From: an uncultured Bdellovibrionales bacterium
GTDB taxonomy: Bacteria; Patescibacteriota; Minisyncoccia; Moranbacterales; GWC2-37-73
Length of the DNA: 64,000 nt
Direction of reading: 5' to 3'
Assembly (NCBI GenBank): GCA_964609855.1
Contig: CAZSTB010000002.1
Location: 15,541 to 79,540 of the forward strand
How positions within the stretch are numbered: the first letter of the stretch is position 1; the number at the start of each line of letters is the position of its first letter. The position numbers and the translations under genes are program-made. Shown in pieces: positions 48,935 to 58,979 of this stretch. The notes under the pieces were generated by a model. That model was not told the DNA's origin. It saw nothing but the letters and a program-made list of their open reading frames with translations, and made no database searches.

Positions 48935-50635
48935 CTAAATTCCTGTTACCTCAGCGGTATCCTCCCCAATAGTTTTCTTTGCCTTGAAAATTTTCCTTGT
49001 AACTGACTCAGTGAATTGAAAAAATTCTTTCACTTCAAGATAATAACTAGCTAAGGCGAAAGCTGCCACGCCGGTAGTGCCAGCAATTAGCATCTGAGTA
49101 AGAACTTCAATAAAGGTGTCTAGTTCTCCGCTTGTGCCGACAATTTTCTTAGCAATCTGCGCTGCCAATCCTCCAATCAATGATGCGGCAATTATTCTAA
49201 TAGTTGAATCTAAAATTAATTTACCGTCGATATTTGGCAACCTGCGCCTCAGAAAGAATAAAAGCAAAAACATATTCACGATACTTGAAAGGGAAAATGC
49301 AATTGCCAGACCAAACACAGGATTCCAACTTAAAGCTAAACTACTGCCGTCTAATAAATTTTGGAAACCTAAAACGGTACCAGGCCTTAACAGTAAAATA
49401 ACAGTCGTAATATTTATGGCTTCACTGACCACAGCGATATAAAGTGGGATCTTGGTATTTTGCAAAGCATAAAAAGCACGCGTCAAAAGAGGCAGAAGTG
49501 ACTGCGCGAACAAACTTGCAACCATCAGAGCGAGCACCTGAAAAGTTAAGATAGTGTTGTCCCAATTGAATTTTCCTGATCCTAAAAACACGCGTACTGT
49601 CTGCGCGCGTAGCACGAAAAGGAATACACTGATGGGAATCACAAAGAAAAGAATTTGTCTGAAAGTCTTAGAAAATATTCTAATAAACTGATTCTCATCC
49701 TTACGCGCAGCCAGAGCACTTAATGTAGGAAATACGGCTATGGAAAAAGAAACCCCAAAAAGACCCAGTGGACCGCTTTGAATATTATTAGCAAAATTAA
49801 ATACTGCCAGACTTCCGGTTGCCAAAGTGGATGCAAAAATCGTGATAATCGTAAAGTTGATCTGACTTACGGCAATAGTGAGTGTCCGTGGAATCATCAG
49901 CCTTAAAACCTTACGAACACTCTTATTACGCCATGCTGTAAAAAACATCGGTTTAAAATGAAAACCTGAAATTTTTACCGAAGGATATTGCACCAACATA
50001 TGCAAAAATGCGCCCAACACTATTCCCCACGCCAACCCGATTGGTCCCATCGTCTTAACGAAAAATAGTGCGCCGATTATAATTCCAGCATTATAAAAAA
50101 TCGGTGCGATGGAATAAACCAGGAATTTCTTATAAGAAACTAACGCTCCCCCAAAAATACCGCTAATTCCCAGCAGGAAAGGGCTTAAAAACATGATTCT
50201 AGTCAATGTCACTGTCAGTTCAAGTTTTTCGCCGCTATATCCAGGAGTAATAAACTTCATTAAAAACGGCGCAAACACAACCAACAGCAGCGAAGCTACG
50301 CCAGTAATTAATATCTGCAGACTCAAAATTCCGGAAGAAAGATCCCAAGCCTCGTCCTCCTTTTTTTCCGCAACTAGTTGCGTGAAAACAGGAATAAAAG
50401 CTGCACTCAATGCTCCAACAATCATGAGATTATAAATCAAATCTGGAATTCTAAATGCTGCGTAATAAGCATCCAGTGTATCACCAGCCCCAAATTGTCC
50501 CGCCAGAATGCGATCGCGTAAAAGTCCCAAAAGTCTGCTTGCAACGCCAGCCAATGAAATTATGAAAGCAGCAGCTGCTACGGATTGCGTCGGCCGTTCG
50601 TTTAAAATCTTATTATTTACGAATTTCTTTATCAC
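48935..50635 (-). CDS. murJ: lipid II flippase MurJ
   Basis: AAFIPVF, a 14-TM MOP-superfamily profile, and LLGLLRDRILAGQFGAGDTLDAYYAAFRIPDLIYN at the N-terminus. Confidence 0.85.
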   Translation of the reverse strand: MIKKFVNNKILNERPTQSVAAAAFIISLAGVASRLLGLLRDRILAGQFGAGDTLDAYYAAFRIPDLIYNLMIVGALSAAFIPVFTQLVAEKKEDEAWDLSSGILSLQILITGVASLLLVVFAPFLMKFITPGYSGEKLELTVTLTRIMFLSPFLLGISGIFGGALVSYKKFLVYSIAPIFYNAGIIIGALFFVKTMGPIGLAWGIVLGAFLHMLVQYPSVKISGFHFKPMFFTAWRNKSVRKVLRLMIPRTLTIAVSQINFTIITIFASTLATGSLAVFNFANNIQSGPLGLFGVSFSIAVFPTLSALAARKDENQFIRIFSKTFRQILFFVIPISVFLFVLRAQTVRVFLGSGKFNWDNTILTFQVLALMVASLFAQSLLPLLTRAFYALQNTKIPLYIAVVSEAINITTVILLLRPGTVLGFQNLLDGSSLALSWNPVFGLAIAFSLSSIVNMFLLLFFLRRRLPNIDGKLILDSTIRIIAASLIGGLAAQIAKKIVGTSGELDTFIEVLTQMLIAGTTGVAAFALASYYLEVKEFFQFTESVTRKIFKAKKTIGEDTAEVTGI

Positions 50636-50686
50636 AAATTTTTTAGTTTAAATATTACGCTATAATATCCTAGCAGCATAACCTGG

Positions 50687-53600
50687 TCAATTCTTTTCAA
50701 AGACCAGTCCAAGAAATTTATCCGTTTTCAGCTCAGTTTCCAACTTAGCTTGAAAATTTCCTGAATTGGCATTTTGAGGAAAACTCCATTTAACCTGGTA
50801 ATCAGAAGGGTATTCAACGACCGAAGAAAAAGCGCTGCCAAAACTTCCGGACTGTTTTTGAACTGCCAGTGAATATGAGTCGATCTGCTGCTTTTCACCG
50901 ATGGATACATTGAAAATCTTAAATGGCAATAAATATTTATATGTGATTGTCATACTTTCTCCAGGACTCACATAAGTCCAATTTGCAAAAACAGTTTTCT
51001 CATTTTCGTCATAAATATGAGTACCGGTTTCTTCGTCGATTATTTCAGTTTTTTCCAGCCGAACAACGTCGTCATCCCGCTTAAATCCAAGCGCGTCATA
51101 ATCTAAAGGTTGATTGTTTATTTCACGTGTCTGACCAGTTGCTTCAAGTAGTTTACTTCCCCTTGGAAGATATACTCGCATATAATTCGCATTCACTTTA
51201 TTAAACCACTCATATGGCGAATTTCCGCCATTATGCTTTCTAGTAATTTTAACTTCGTCAATCACACTTCCGTCTTCTTGAATTTTAGCAGCATGCTCAA
51301 TTCTTTCCTCAATCACAGCATCTGTCTTAAAACCGTTTATATTTGCATTTATCACGCTCAAATAATCTTTAGATGCAGGAATCACTTCTCCCGACCATCC
51401 TTGCTCTGAAATAAGTTGCTGCAGTTCAGCATTTTGAGAATAAAAAAGAATATGCTTCTCTTGTAGTCCAGATAAGAAAGCATCCGCCGTCCTGGAAATC
51501 GTGTCCAAGTTCTTATTATTTAAAAGTTTCTCTAAAATCAAGGGTGCTAAATCCGATAATATTTTCTTAGGCTTATTTTCCTGCTTATCATAATCAACCT
51601 CAACTTCATGTTGAGTGAGCTCCAAGAAATTCTCACTATCCAGCGTTACAGCATATTCCGACATTTCAATCGGTCCAGTTATCTTTAAAAGTTTTTCCAT
51701 CACAGTCGGAGTTATCGTAATGACGCCATCGGCGGTCGGGCCACCAGTTTTCTCATAAAAATAGATTGCTTTCTTTGCGGACATAGGAAAATCAGCAAAC
51801 CAATTGCTATCGTGCATACTCCAATTTGCGCTAATTTTCTGAATCGGAGCTGGTGGGACGATGCGGTCTTTTAATTGCCCATCAGGATTGAAAATTCCAT
51901 CTATAAAAAATTTCTTCACATGACCATTGGCGATATCCAAAAGTCCGTAACTGCCGATGAATCCACCTGTGGCGCGCATCTCGGAATTATTTTGAAATAA
52001 AAATAGATATTTCCTTGGTCCGTTTCCACCGAGCAAATCGACAAATATGTGATTATTACTGGAGAACAAACCAAGCATCATTCGGATTTCCGGCAATTGT
52101 TGCTTCAGCAGCAAAAATTTGTCACGTTTGTCTTCTGGCAAATCATCAATTGCAACCTTGTCGATATTTTCTTGCGCGTAATCAAGCTCAATCTTAGCAA
52201 CTGCAACATTTTTATCCACATCCTGAAAAACTTGCAGAAATGAAAGTTCCGCATCAGCTACGGGATTTTTTAATTGGGCGGACACTTTTGCGACATCACT
52301 CAGTGCTTTTCCGGCAGCTGCGAAATGTTTCCCAGCCTCAACAGCATTTTTTCCGGAAGAAATCTTTGAAGCAAACGGAACATAACGCGCAGCATCCAAA
52401 AGCACGCCGCCCATGTCATTAACCTGCTGAAAGCCGTCAGAAAAATTAGCATATGCCAAATCAAATTTCTGTGATGATTGTTCAAAATTTTGATTCGCAA
52501 TATCAGCAACAGCAGCATTTAGGTTCGAGAGTCCATCTTCACTTACACCCAGCACTCTTCCTTTCAAGCCGAATCCCTTACTTGCAAAAGAAATTCCACC
52601 AACACCCAATGATGCAACCATGGCAACAAATAAAAAGACTGCTAACGACCTCTGCAAATCAAAGCGAAATCCGAAACCTGCCCCTGAAAACATATCTTTC
52701 CAAGTAAAAAAATTATCTAATTTTTCCGTGCGCTTGCAGCCATTTTTTTTGCGCTTACTGAAAAGCAAACTTTTTTCAGGCTTTTTTTGAGCATCGGCAT
52801 TTATAGCTTTGGCATACTTTTCCGCCAAAATTCTTTCTTGCTCTCTTTGTTCTCGTTCTGCTAATACATAAGCCTCATTTTCTCTTCTTAGGCGTGCATT
52901 CTCAGTAGCCGCAATTCTCAACCTCTCTTGTTCCAGCAAAGCCTCTTTGCGTATCTGTTGCTCCCTCAAAGCCAGTTGTTGATTCTTCTCAGCAATTAAA
53001 GCTGCTTCCTTTTCCCTGTTTTCCATTTGGATTCTCTCACTTTCCAGTTGCTGCTGTTCGAAAATTCTTTGTTGACGCTCTATTAAGAGTTTGCGTTGCT
53101 GCTCTTTCTCTTGTCGCTGCAAAAAAGCAGACTGCTCAAATTGTTCTCGTTCCAATTGTAATCGCTCACCTTGAGCCCTGCGAACTAATTCCAACTCTTT
53201 TTCTTGTTTCTCAAGCAGCTTCCTTTCCTGCTCTCTTAACTGCTGAAGTTTGCGCCTTTCTGCAAGCAACAGCTCATCACGCTGTTTGTTTGCTCGCATG
53301 ATTTTTTGATTTTCCAATTGTTGCTGCTCAAGAACCCGCTTTTGATTTTCAATTAAAAGCTTATGCTCATCATCTCTCTGCCTGCGCTGCATCTCCCTAG
53401 CTTCACCTCTCTTACGAAAATCATTTAACAATTGAGCTTCTTGTATGTGCCGATAATTTGATTGTGCAGCGGGCTGAAAGTAATCATCATCATTTATATC
53501 AAAGATATCTTCCGGCATAATCGGCATCCTTTCATTTTCAGGCAGGTCGTAGTCAGCAGCAAAGGTACTGATCTTTCCACTATGATCAGCCTCGCAAAAA

Positions 53601-53728
53601 TTTTCCTCATAGCAGTGACTTTCTGAATTCTCCAGCCCAATAGCATTAATTTTTTTCCAATCTAAATCGCCCGCTTCATTCACGGGCCTCACATCAAACA
53701 TTTGAGGAATAATTTTATTTTTTGACAT
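50687..53728 (-). CDS. large DUF4012 protein with a cytoplasmic ~210-aa E/R/Q/K-rich single-alpha-helix-like region, one TM helix and an extracytoplasmic DUF4012 domain
   Basis: The SEMRATGGFIGSYG hallmark is present. Residues ~95-305 are highly charged heptad-less repeats (…EQQQLENQKIMRANKQRDELLLAERRKLQQLREQERKLLEKQEKE…). The TM helix is LAVFLFVAMVASLGVGGISFA. Confidence 0.7.
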   Translation of the reverse strand: MSKNKIIPQMFDVRPVNEAGDLDWKKINAIGLENSESHCYEENFCEADHSGKISTFAADYDLPENERMPIMPEDIFDINDDDYFQPAAQSNYRHIQEAQLLNDFRKRGEAREMQRRQRDDEHKLLIENQKRVLEQQQLENQKIMRANKQRDELLLAERRKLQQLREQERKLLEKQEKELELVRRAQGERLQLEREQFEQSAFLQRQEKEQQRKLLIERQQRIFEQQQLESERIQMENREKEAALIAEKNQQLALREQQIRKEALLEQERLRIAATENARLRRENEAYVLAEREQREQERILAEKYAKAINADAQKKPEKSLLFSKRKKNGCKRTEKLDNFFTWKDMFSGAGFGFRFDLQRSLAVFLFVAMVASLGVGGISFASKGFGLKGRVLGVSEDGLSNLNAAVADIANQNFEQSSQKFDLAYANFSDGFQQVNDMGGVLLDAARYVPFASKISSGKNAVEAGKHFAAAGKALSDVAKVSAQLKNPVADAELSFLQVFQDVDKNVAVAKIELDYAQENIDKVAIDDLPEDKRDKFLLLKQQLPEIRMMLGLFSSNNHIFVDLLGGNGPRKYLFLFQNNSEMRATGGFIGSYGLLDIANGHVKKFFIDGIFNPDGQLKDRIVPPAPIQKISANWSMHDSNWFADFPMSAKKAIYFYEKTGGPTADGVITITPTVMEKLLKITGPIEMSEYAVTLDSENFLELTQHEVEVDYDKQENKPKKILSDLAPLILEKLLNNKNLDTISRTADAFLSGLQEKHILFYSQNAELQQLISEQGWSGEVIPASKDYLSVINANINGFKTDAVIEERIEHAAKIQEDGSVIDEVKITRKHNGGNSPYEWFNKVNANYMRVYLPRGSKLLEATGQTREINNQPLDYDALGFKRDDDVVRLEKTEIIDEETGTHIYDENEKTVFANWTYVSPGESMTITYKYLLPFKIFNVSIGEKQQIDSYSLAVQKQSGSFGSAFSSVVEYPSDYQVKWSFPQNANSGNFQAKLETELKTDKFLGLVFEKN

Positions 53729-53784
53729 TCTTGAGAATTTACCGTTTTGGAAATTTATGAATGCAATTTTTTAATTTTTCTGAA

Positions 53785-54903
53785 CTATTCGGACAAGTAT
53801 GTATCCAGAGTCTGCTGCGCCATCTTTTCCCAACTGTATTCTTTTATTTTTTCATATCCCCGCTCAGCCAAAACAGTCGCAAGGTTCTTGTCGTTTAAAA
53901 CATTTTCAATACCATGTGACAAGCTTTCAATATTTTCCGCGTCAACCCAATGCGCAGCATCGCCTAAAATTTCTTTCATGCATGGCTTGTCCGAAGATAC
54001 TACCGGCGTGCCTTTTGCCATTGCCTCAAGCGGCGGTAATCCAAATCCCTCATATAGCGAAGGGAAAACGTATAGCGAAGCGAAGCGATAAAGAACATCG
54101 AGATCCTGATCAGTAACATAACCTAAAAAGTGCACGTTAGAAATGCCTTTTATAGATGTAAATTTTTGAAGTTTTGAATAAAAATAATCTTCCTTACCAA
54201 CTAATGCTAACTGCATATTTGGAAATTTTTCAGAAATTTTTTCAAAAGCCTCAATTAATCGCTCTAAATTTTTATGCGGATAAGCATTACCAACATAAAG
54301 TAAGTACGGTTTAATTATACCATATTTTTCTAAAACGCGCTGGGGTGAGCCGAGAGAAATTCTGCAATGTCCATCGCAAGCTTCATACGTTACCACAATT
54401 TTATTTTTCGCCTTTTCATATTCCGAAATTATATCGTTCTTGGTGAACTGAGATACGGTAATAATCTTTTGCGCTCTTGCTATCGCGCTAGCAATGGTCA
54501 GCTTATAAGCGACATATTTGAACCAATACCAAATCGGATTCAGCGTCGTACCGCGCAGTGTTGGAAAATGAACTAAAATAAGGTCGTGAATTGTCAGCAC
54601 AAATTTCTTGCGATATAAAAGCGGAACATTAAAATGAGGAAAATGCATTAAATCCAAGCCCTGTCTGGCGAGCAGTTGCGGGAAAAATATCTGTTCCGAA
54701 AAAGTGTACCAGCGATAGTCTGCCAGAACCTTAGTGAAATTTTTATTAAATGGTTGGTATTCGTCAAAATTTTCTTTACGCAAAAAAATCACATACTGAT
54801 TTTCATGGTCAATATGTTCTAAATTTTCAATAAGTTTTTGAGTATAGCGACCAAGGCCTTTCCCGATTGAACCAAAAAAACGCGCATCTATTCCAATTCT
54901 CAT
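53785..54903 (-). CDS. glycosyltransferase family 4
   Basis: MRIGIDARF… is the GT4 N-terminus, with the C-terminal E…GFGLPPLEAMA region. Confidence 0.85.
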   Translation of the reverse strand: MRIGIDARFFGSIGKGLGRYTQKLIENLEHIDHENQYVIFLRKENFDEYQPFNKNFTKVLADYRWYTFSEQIFFPQLLARQGLDLMHFPHFNVPLLYRKKFVLTIHDLILVHFPTLRGTTLNPIWYWFKYVAYKLTIASAIARAQKIITVSQFTKNDIISEYEKAKNKIVVTYEACDGHCRISLGSPQRVLEKYGIIKPYLLYVGNAYPHKNLERLIEAFEKISEKFPNMQLALVGKEDYFYSKLQKFTSIKGISNVHFLGYVTDQDLDVLYRFASLYVFPSLYEGFGLPPLEAMAKGTPVVSSDKPCMKEILGDAAHWVDAENIESLSHGIENVLNDKNLATVLAERGYEKIKEYSWEKMAQQTLDTYLSE

Positions 54904-55080
54904 ATATCTGCTAGAAAGAATAAAACCAATATTAATCACTATTAAATTTTAACATTATTTCGGTAGAAAAAAAAGTACCCAAGCGCTTAATCTGCAAGCA
55001 TTGTATAAAAAATGGCAATGAATTCTCATCGCCATAATTTACGCACTAAAAAAAGTGTACTGATTCTTCATTTTTATTGC

Positions 55081-56016
55081 TTAAGCAATTTTAGCCTCAA
55101 CTGCCAAGGTCGAAAGTCTCATTTCTCGATAGGAAAGGAAAAGGAATATCCCCAGTAAGATAGTTGTATTTAGTGGCGCAAACCAGAATGGATAATGTTG
55201 ACCCAGTGATTCCAAAACCATAATTGCCCCCAAAACGCCGACTGAATACATCGCACCATTTTTCAAATATGCTAACCTGGTAATGACACCCATTCCACGC
55301 AAAGTAAGCTCTCTCACAACAAATGCGCCGATTCCATTTCCTAGCAAAATCAGCGGGACGGAAACAGTAAAAGCAAATGCACCTATCACTCCGTCAATCG
55401 AGAAAGATGCGTCCAATACTTCCAGATACATAATCTTGCTCCACGCGCTCATATTGGAACTGGCAAGATTTTTTTCCTGCTCTTCCGCATTTTTTTTAAA
55501 ACCGTCAGTAATGAAAAAAGCAGTGCTTCCGATCATTGCTGAAAATGCTAGCACCGGATTTATTTTCAAAGTCACATAAACGATAGTTGTAAGAAAAATT
55601 GAAGAGATCGCATAAAACCATGCGCTGCGCCTGTGAATGAAATGCTCAACAAAAAATGCATACTTTTTCTCCTCCAAAAACAGCCAGGAAAGAAAAATAA
55701 AAAACAAGTACACACCACCACCTATCATTAAGATCGGTCTCGTCTGCTCCACATATGCCAATATTTGCGGATCATTTGAAAAAACGAATGTCCAAACCTG
55801 AGCGATCGAAAGCGCTGGATTCACCATCCACACAATCAAGAATGGCAAAATACCCCTTACTACAAAAACTGCAAAAAACATCCCCCAGAGGAGAAAAAAT
55901 TTGCGAAATTTCTCCGGCATCGTCTTGAGCACATGCGCGTTGACAATTGCATTATCAATACTGCTAATTATTTCAAAAACTATCAAGCCGAAAACTACGA
56001 TAATTGTGCTCAACAT
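55081..56016 (-). CDS. DUF475/TerC-family integral membrane protein
   Basis: ISSIDNAIVNA is present in the first TM, and the protein has about 8 TM helices. Confidence 0.55.
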   Translation of the reverse strand: MLSTIIVVFGLIVFEIISSIDNAIVNAHVLKTMPEKFRKFFLLWGMFFAVFVVRGILPFLIVWMVNPALSIAQVWTFVFSNDPQILAYVEQTRPILMIGGGVYLFFIFLSWLFLEEKKYAFFVEHFIHRRSAWFYAISSIFLTTIVYVTLKINPVLAFSAMIGSTAFFITDGFKKNAEEQEKNLASSNMSAWSKIMYLEVLDASFSIDGVIGAFAFTVSVPLILLGNGIGAFVVRELTLRGMGVITRLAYLKNGAMYSVGVLGAIMVLESLGQHYPFWFAPLNTTILLGIFLFLSYREMRLSTLAVEAKIA

Positions 56017-56097
56017 AATTTAAAATTTAGTGTTAATTATTCATCAAAACAACTTATCAAAAACTTTGACTGCATGGAACAATGAGATTCAAAATAG

Positions 56098-57252
56098 CTA
56101 AATTAATTTGGCAAATAATCCCAAGACTTCCCTGGCAGAGGTTCTCCAATTAAATCTTATTGACTGTTGCTGCGACGATTGCGAGAGTTTTTCATGCAAA
56201 CCCCGGTCAAGTAAAACCTCCTTGATGGCAAGAAACAATTCATCAGGCTTATCCGGATCAATCATTATGCCTCCCGCACCCACCACTTCTGGAAGCGAGG
56301 AACAATTTGAAGTGATCACAGGAAGTCCGCATCTCATGGCTTCAAGCACTGGAATTCCAAATCCCTCAAAAAATGAGGGGTAAACGAATAATGATGCTAA
56401 GGTATAAACTGCCGCCTTATCTTCATTGGTGATACAGCTGGTAAAGATTATATCATCAGTAAATTTAGCATCTTTCATTTCATGCAAAATTGAATCTATT
56501 TTCCAACCCCTGCCGCCAGCAATCACAAGTTTATATTTATCCAATTGAGGATTATTCAATTTTCTCAACTGATCGTAAGCCTTGACTATTGCAGGAATGT
56601 TTTTTCTGGGCTCCACTGTCCCGAGATAAAAAATAAAATTAAATGGTAAATGATAACGCTCTTTAGCATCAAGTAGTTTTGGATCATTTCGGTCTAATCT
56701 TTGCATTTCATGGGAAACTGCATTATAAACCCTTTGAATTTTATCTTCAGGAATTTTAAAATTATGCATTAAATCCTGCTTGGTCGAATCAGAAACGGAA
56801 ATTATCTGATCTGCACGTGCGCACAGCGCTCTCGGATTGATAAAGCTGTGCCAAATCCTGCGTTTTAAGGAAAAAGTTTGCTTACAAAGTTCAAATGAAA
56901 GATCGTGTATAGTTAGGACTAATTTGACATTTTTAGAGAGGGAAACAAAGTTAATATTAGGCATAAAGAAAATATCCACCCCTCCAATCATCTTATCAAC
57001 TTGTGGCCAACGAAAATACCAAAAACAAAAATTCAGCAATTTATTGGGCCAATGAAATTGTCTGACTTTAACGTTTTTAAAGTGCGAAAAAATTCGCTCA
57101 TCAAAATGAGTCTTGTTGTAAGAATTTATAAAAAGAATATACTGATTCTTTTGGTCTAATTCAAATATATTTTCTAAAAGATTGATCGTATATTCTTCCA
57201 CACCTGTTCTTTTTCCATCCGTAAGACAACGAATGTCAATTCCAATTCTCAT
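56098..57252 (-). CDS. glycosyltransferase family 4
   Basis: MRIGIDIRCL… is the N-terminus, with the C-terminal FEGFGIPVLEAM region. Confidence 0.85.
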   Translation of the reverse strand: MRIGIDIRCLTDGKRTGVEEYTINLLENIFELDQKNQYILFINSYNKTHFDERIFSHFKNVKVRQFHWPNKLLNFCFWYFRWPQVDKMIGGVDIFFMPNINFVSLSKNVKLVLTIHDLSFELCKQTFSLKRRIWHSFINPRALCARADQIISVSDSTKQDLMHNFKIPEDKIQRVYNAVSHEMQRLDRNDPKLLDAKERYHLPFNFIFYLGTVEPRKNIPAIVKAYDQLRKLNNPQLDKYKLVIAGGRGWKIDSILHEMKDAKFTDDIIFTSCITNEDKAAVYTLASLFVYPSFFEGFGIPVLEAMRCGLPVITSNCSSLPEVVGAGGIMIDPDKPDELFLAIKEVLLDRGLHEKLSQSSQQQSIRFNWRTSAREVLGLFAKLI

Positions 57253-57375
57253 ATTTCTGTCATTGCAAGTTATCAATTTATTGAAAATTCAGTAGTACCA
57301 AATTCGAATTAATCTAATTTCGGCGACTTACCTTCAATCTTTACATCATACCTTAGCTTACTGATTTATGCACTA

Positions 57376-57403
57376 TTGACTTTTATGCAAAAAAACGTAT
57401 AAT
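57376..57403 (+). promoter_or_regulatory. sigma70-like promoter (TTGACT-16-TATAAT)
   Basis: Seen directly, about 60 nt upstream of the small gene at 57465. Confidence 0.45.
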
Positions 57404-57464
57404 TTCATTCTATTGTTCTTTTTAAGTATCTTTAAATGTATTCACTTGAGCAAAGGAGGTTACC

Positions 57465-57680
57465 ATGAGCAGAAAAGAGATTTTAGAAAATCTAGACGCA
57501 TACCTTTACGGCAACCGGACAATAAATTTACTCAAATTCAAAGACGGAAAATGTTTTCAAGCGGACTGCATAATTTTCGCTGAAGATGGCCCGGAAGCTA
57601 AACTTGAAGCGGTAGATGATGAACATCCTGACGGGTATTTTTTCACCATCGAAGATATAGAAGTTCTAAGGGTCTATTAA
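57465..57680 (+). CDS. small acidic hypothetical protein (71 aa)
   Basis: An AAAGGAGG Shine-Dalgarno lies 6 nt before the ATG, and a promoter sits upstream. Confidence 0.45.
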   Translation: MSRKEILENLDAYLYGNRTINLLKFKDGKCFQADCIIFAEDGPEAKLEAVDDEHPDGYFFTIEDIEVLRVY

Positions 57681-57975
57681 ATGGCAATCAAGATGAGAGG
57701 CATTGATCAATGCGACACTTTCTAATACCAGCAATTCCCTCAGGGTTTAGTCATGCGAATTTAACTGAACCTTTTTTCAAATAAAAACTCATTTCAATAA
57801 AAACGTCATACTGCCCATATGCTCGCAGACTTTCAAAATATTAACGTTACATTCTCTAAAAAGTGATTCCTAATCAAAGGAAAAGTGGTCAGTGATGAAA
57901 TATGCCAATCAAAAATCTGTATGAATAGCAGCCTGTCTACGGCATCCAATCATAGTTGAATTAAATACATCTCTA

Positions 57976-58004
57976 TTGACATTAATTCAATATAGATGTA
58001 TAAT
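57976..58004 (+). promoter_or_regulatory. consensus sigma70 promoter (TTGACA-17-TATAAT)
   Basis: Perfect hexamers with 17-nt spacing, about 110 nt upstream of the lipoprotein start. Confidence 0.55.
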
Positions 58005-58112
58005 TAAGTATTGTTGTTGTTTGAAAATTTAGAAATGGCAGTCGTTTTCTGCTATATTTTTTTGCCATGCAGAACAACCACAGCCTCATTTGAGGCAAAA
58101 AAGGAGATCACC

Positions 58113-58901
58113 ATGAAAAAGCTTCTCGCAAGGCTGCTCATCTCCCTCACCCTCCTGACCACCACGCTACTCACAGGCTGCAGCACTTCCAGGCTGGCAG
58201 TTACGCCCGATGAGCTGACGAATTATCGGGGGTTCAGCCAGGAAGCGGTCCTGCGGAAACTCGGCGAACCCACCACGAAATCCAGCGACGGCAAAGGTGC
58301 TGAAATCTGGGAATACAAGTATGAAACCCAGAAGGGCGCAAGCACCATTATCAGGCTAACTTCAATGGGAGTCTTTGGAGGCGCAAATTCGCCGTACGTC
58401 GACATCCTGACATTCACTTTCCGCAACAAGAAAGTCATTACCGAGCCGACAATCCAGACCAATGTGATGAATGCCAGCATGCCGGGAGCAAATCTCGTCA
58501 CTTCCATGATCGGTAGCGGCGCAATTTCAACGGCAGACATGGAAAAAGCTAGGTCTATGGCGCCCGAATCTTTCTCGGCCGAGCTACCAGTCAAGAGCAG
58601 CAAAAAAATGTCGATGCCGGTTGAGACAGAGATCTTGACGGTAAGCGACACAAAGAAATTTACCAAATGCTCCGTGAAAGATGCCCGCGGTAAAATAGGC
58701 ATCAATGCGAAAAAATATGGCTTGGTTGTCGCCGATAAAGATGGGCGCATGATCCTCCTCAAGCCGGGAGGAGAAAAAATAACCACGTCTTTCAAGCAGG
58801 TGAAGAATGATGTGCTGGTTGAACTTTCAGCATCCGGCGGAGCCCTCGCCAGCACCGAACTTTCAAAAGATATCTGCAGCGTTCTCGAAACCTGCAACTA
58901 G
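58113..58901 (+). CDS. GC-rich lipoprotein (lipobox LLTGC)
   Basis: An AAGGAG Shine-Dalgarno precedes the ATG at 58113, and the signal peptide is MKKLLARLLISLTLLTTTLLTGC. The GC-rich codon usage resembles the 32.5-37.7 kb genes. The track's upstream M at 58011 lacks an RBS. Confidence 0.6.
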   Translation: MKKLLARLLISLTLLTTTLLTGCSTSRLAVTPDELTNYRGFSQEAVLRKLGEPTTKSSDGKGAEIWEYKYETQKGASTIIRLTSMGVFGGANSPYVDILTFTFRNKKVITEPTIQTNVMNASMPGANLVTSMIGSGAISTADMEKARSMAPESFSAELPVKSSKKMSMPVETEILTVSDTKKFTKCSVKDARGKIGINAKKYGLVVADKDGRMILLKPGGEKITTSFKQVKNDVLVELSASGGALASTELSKDICSVLETCN

Positions 58902-58914
58902 TCCCGATAACGCC

Positions 58915-58957
58915 AGCCCGCAAATCTCATGATTCAATGAGGTTTGCGGGCTTTTTT
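58915..58957 (+). terminator. rho-independent terminator (AGCCCGCAAA…TTTGCGGGCT + T6)
   Basis: Seen directly. Confidence 0.65.
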
Positions 58958-58979
58958 GTTATCAAAATAATACTTGATG

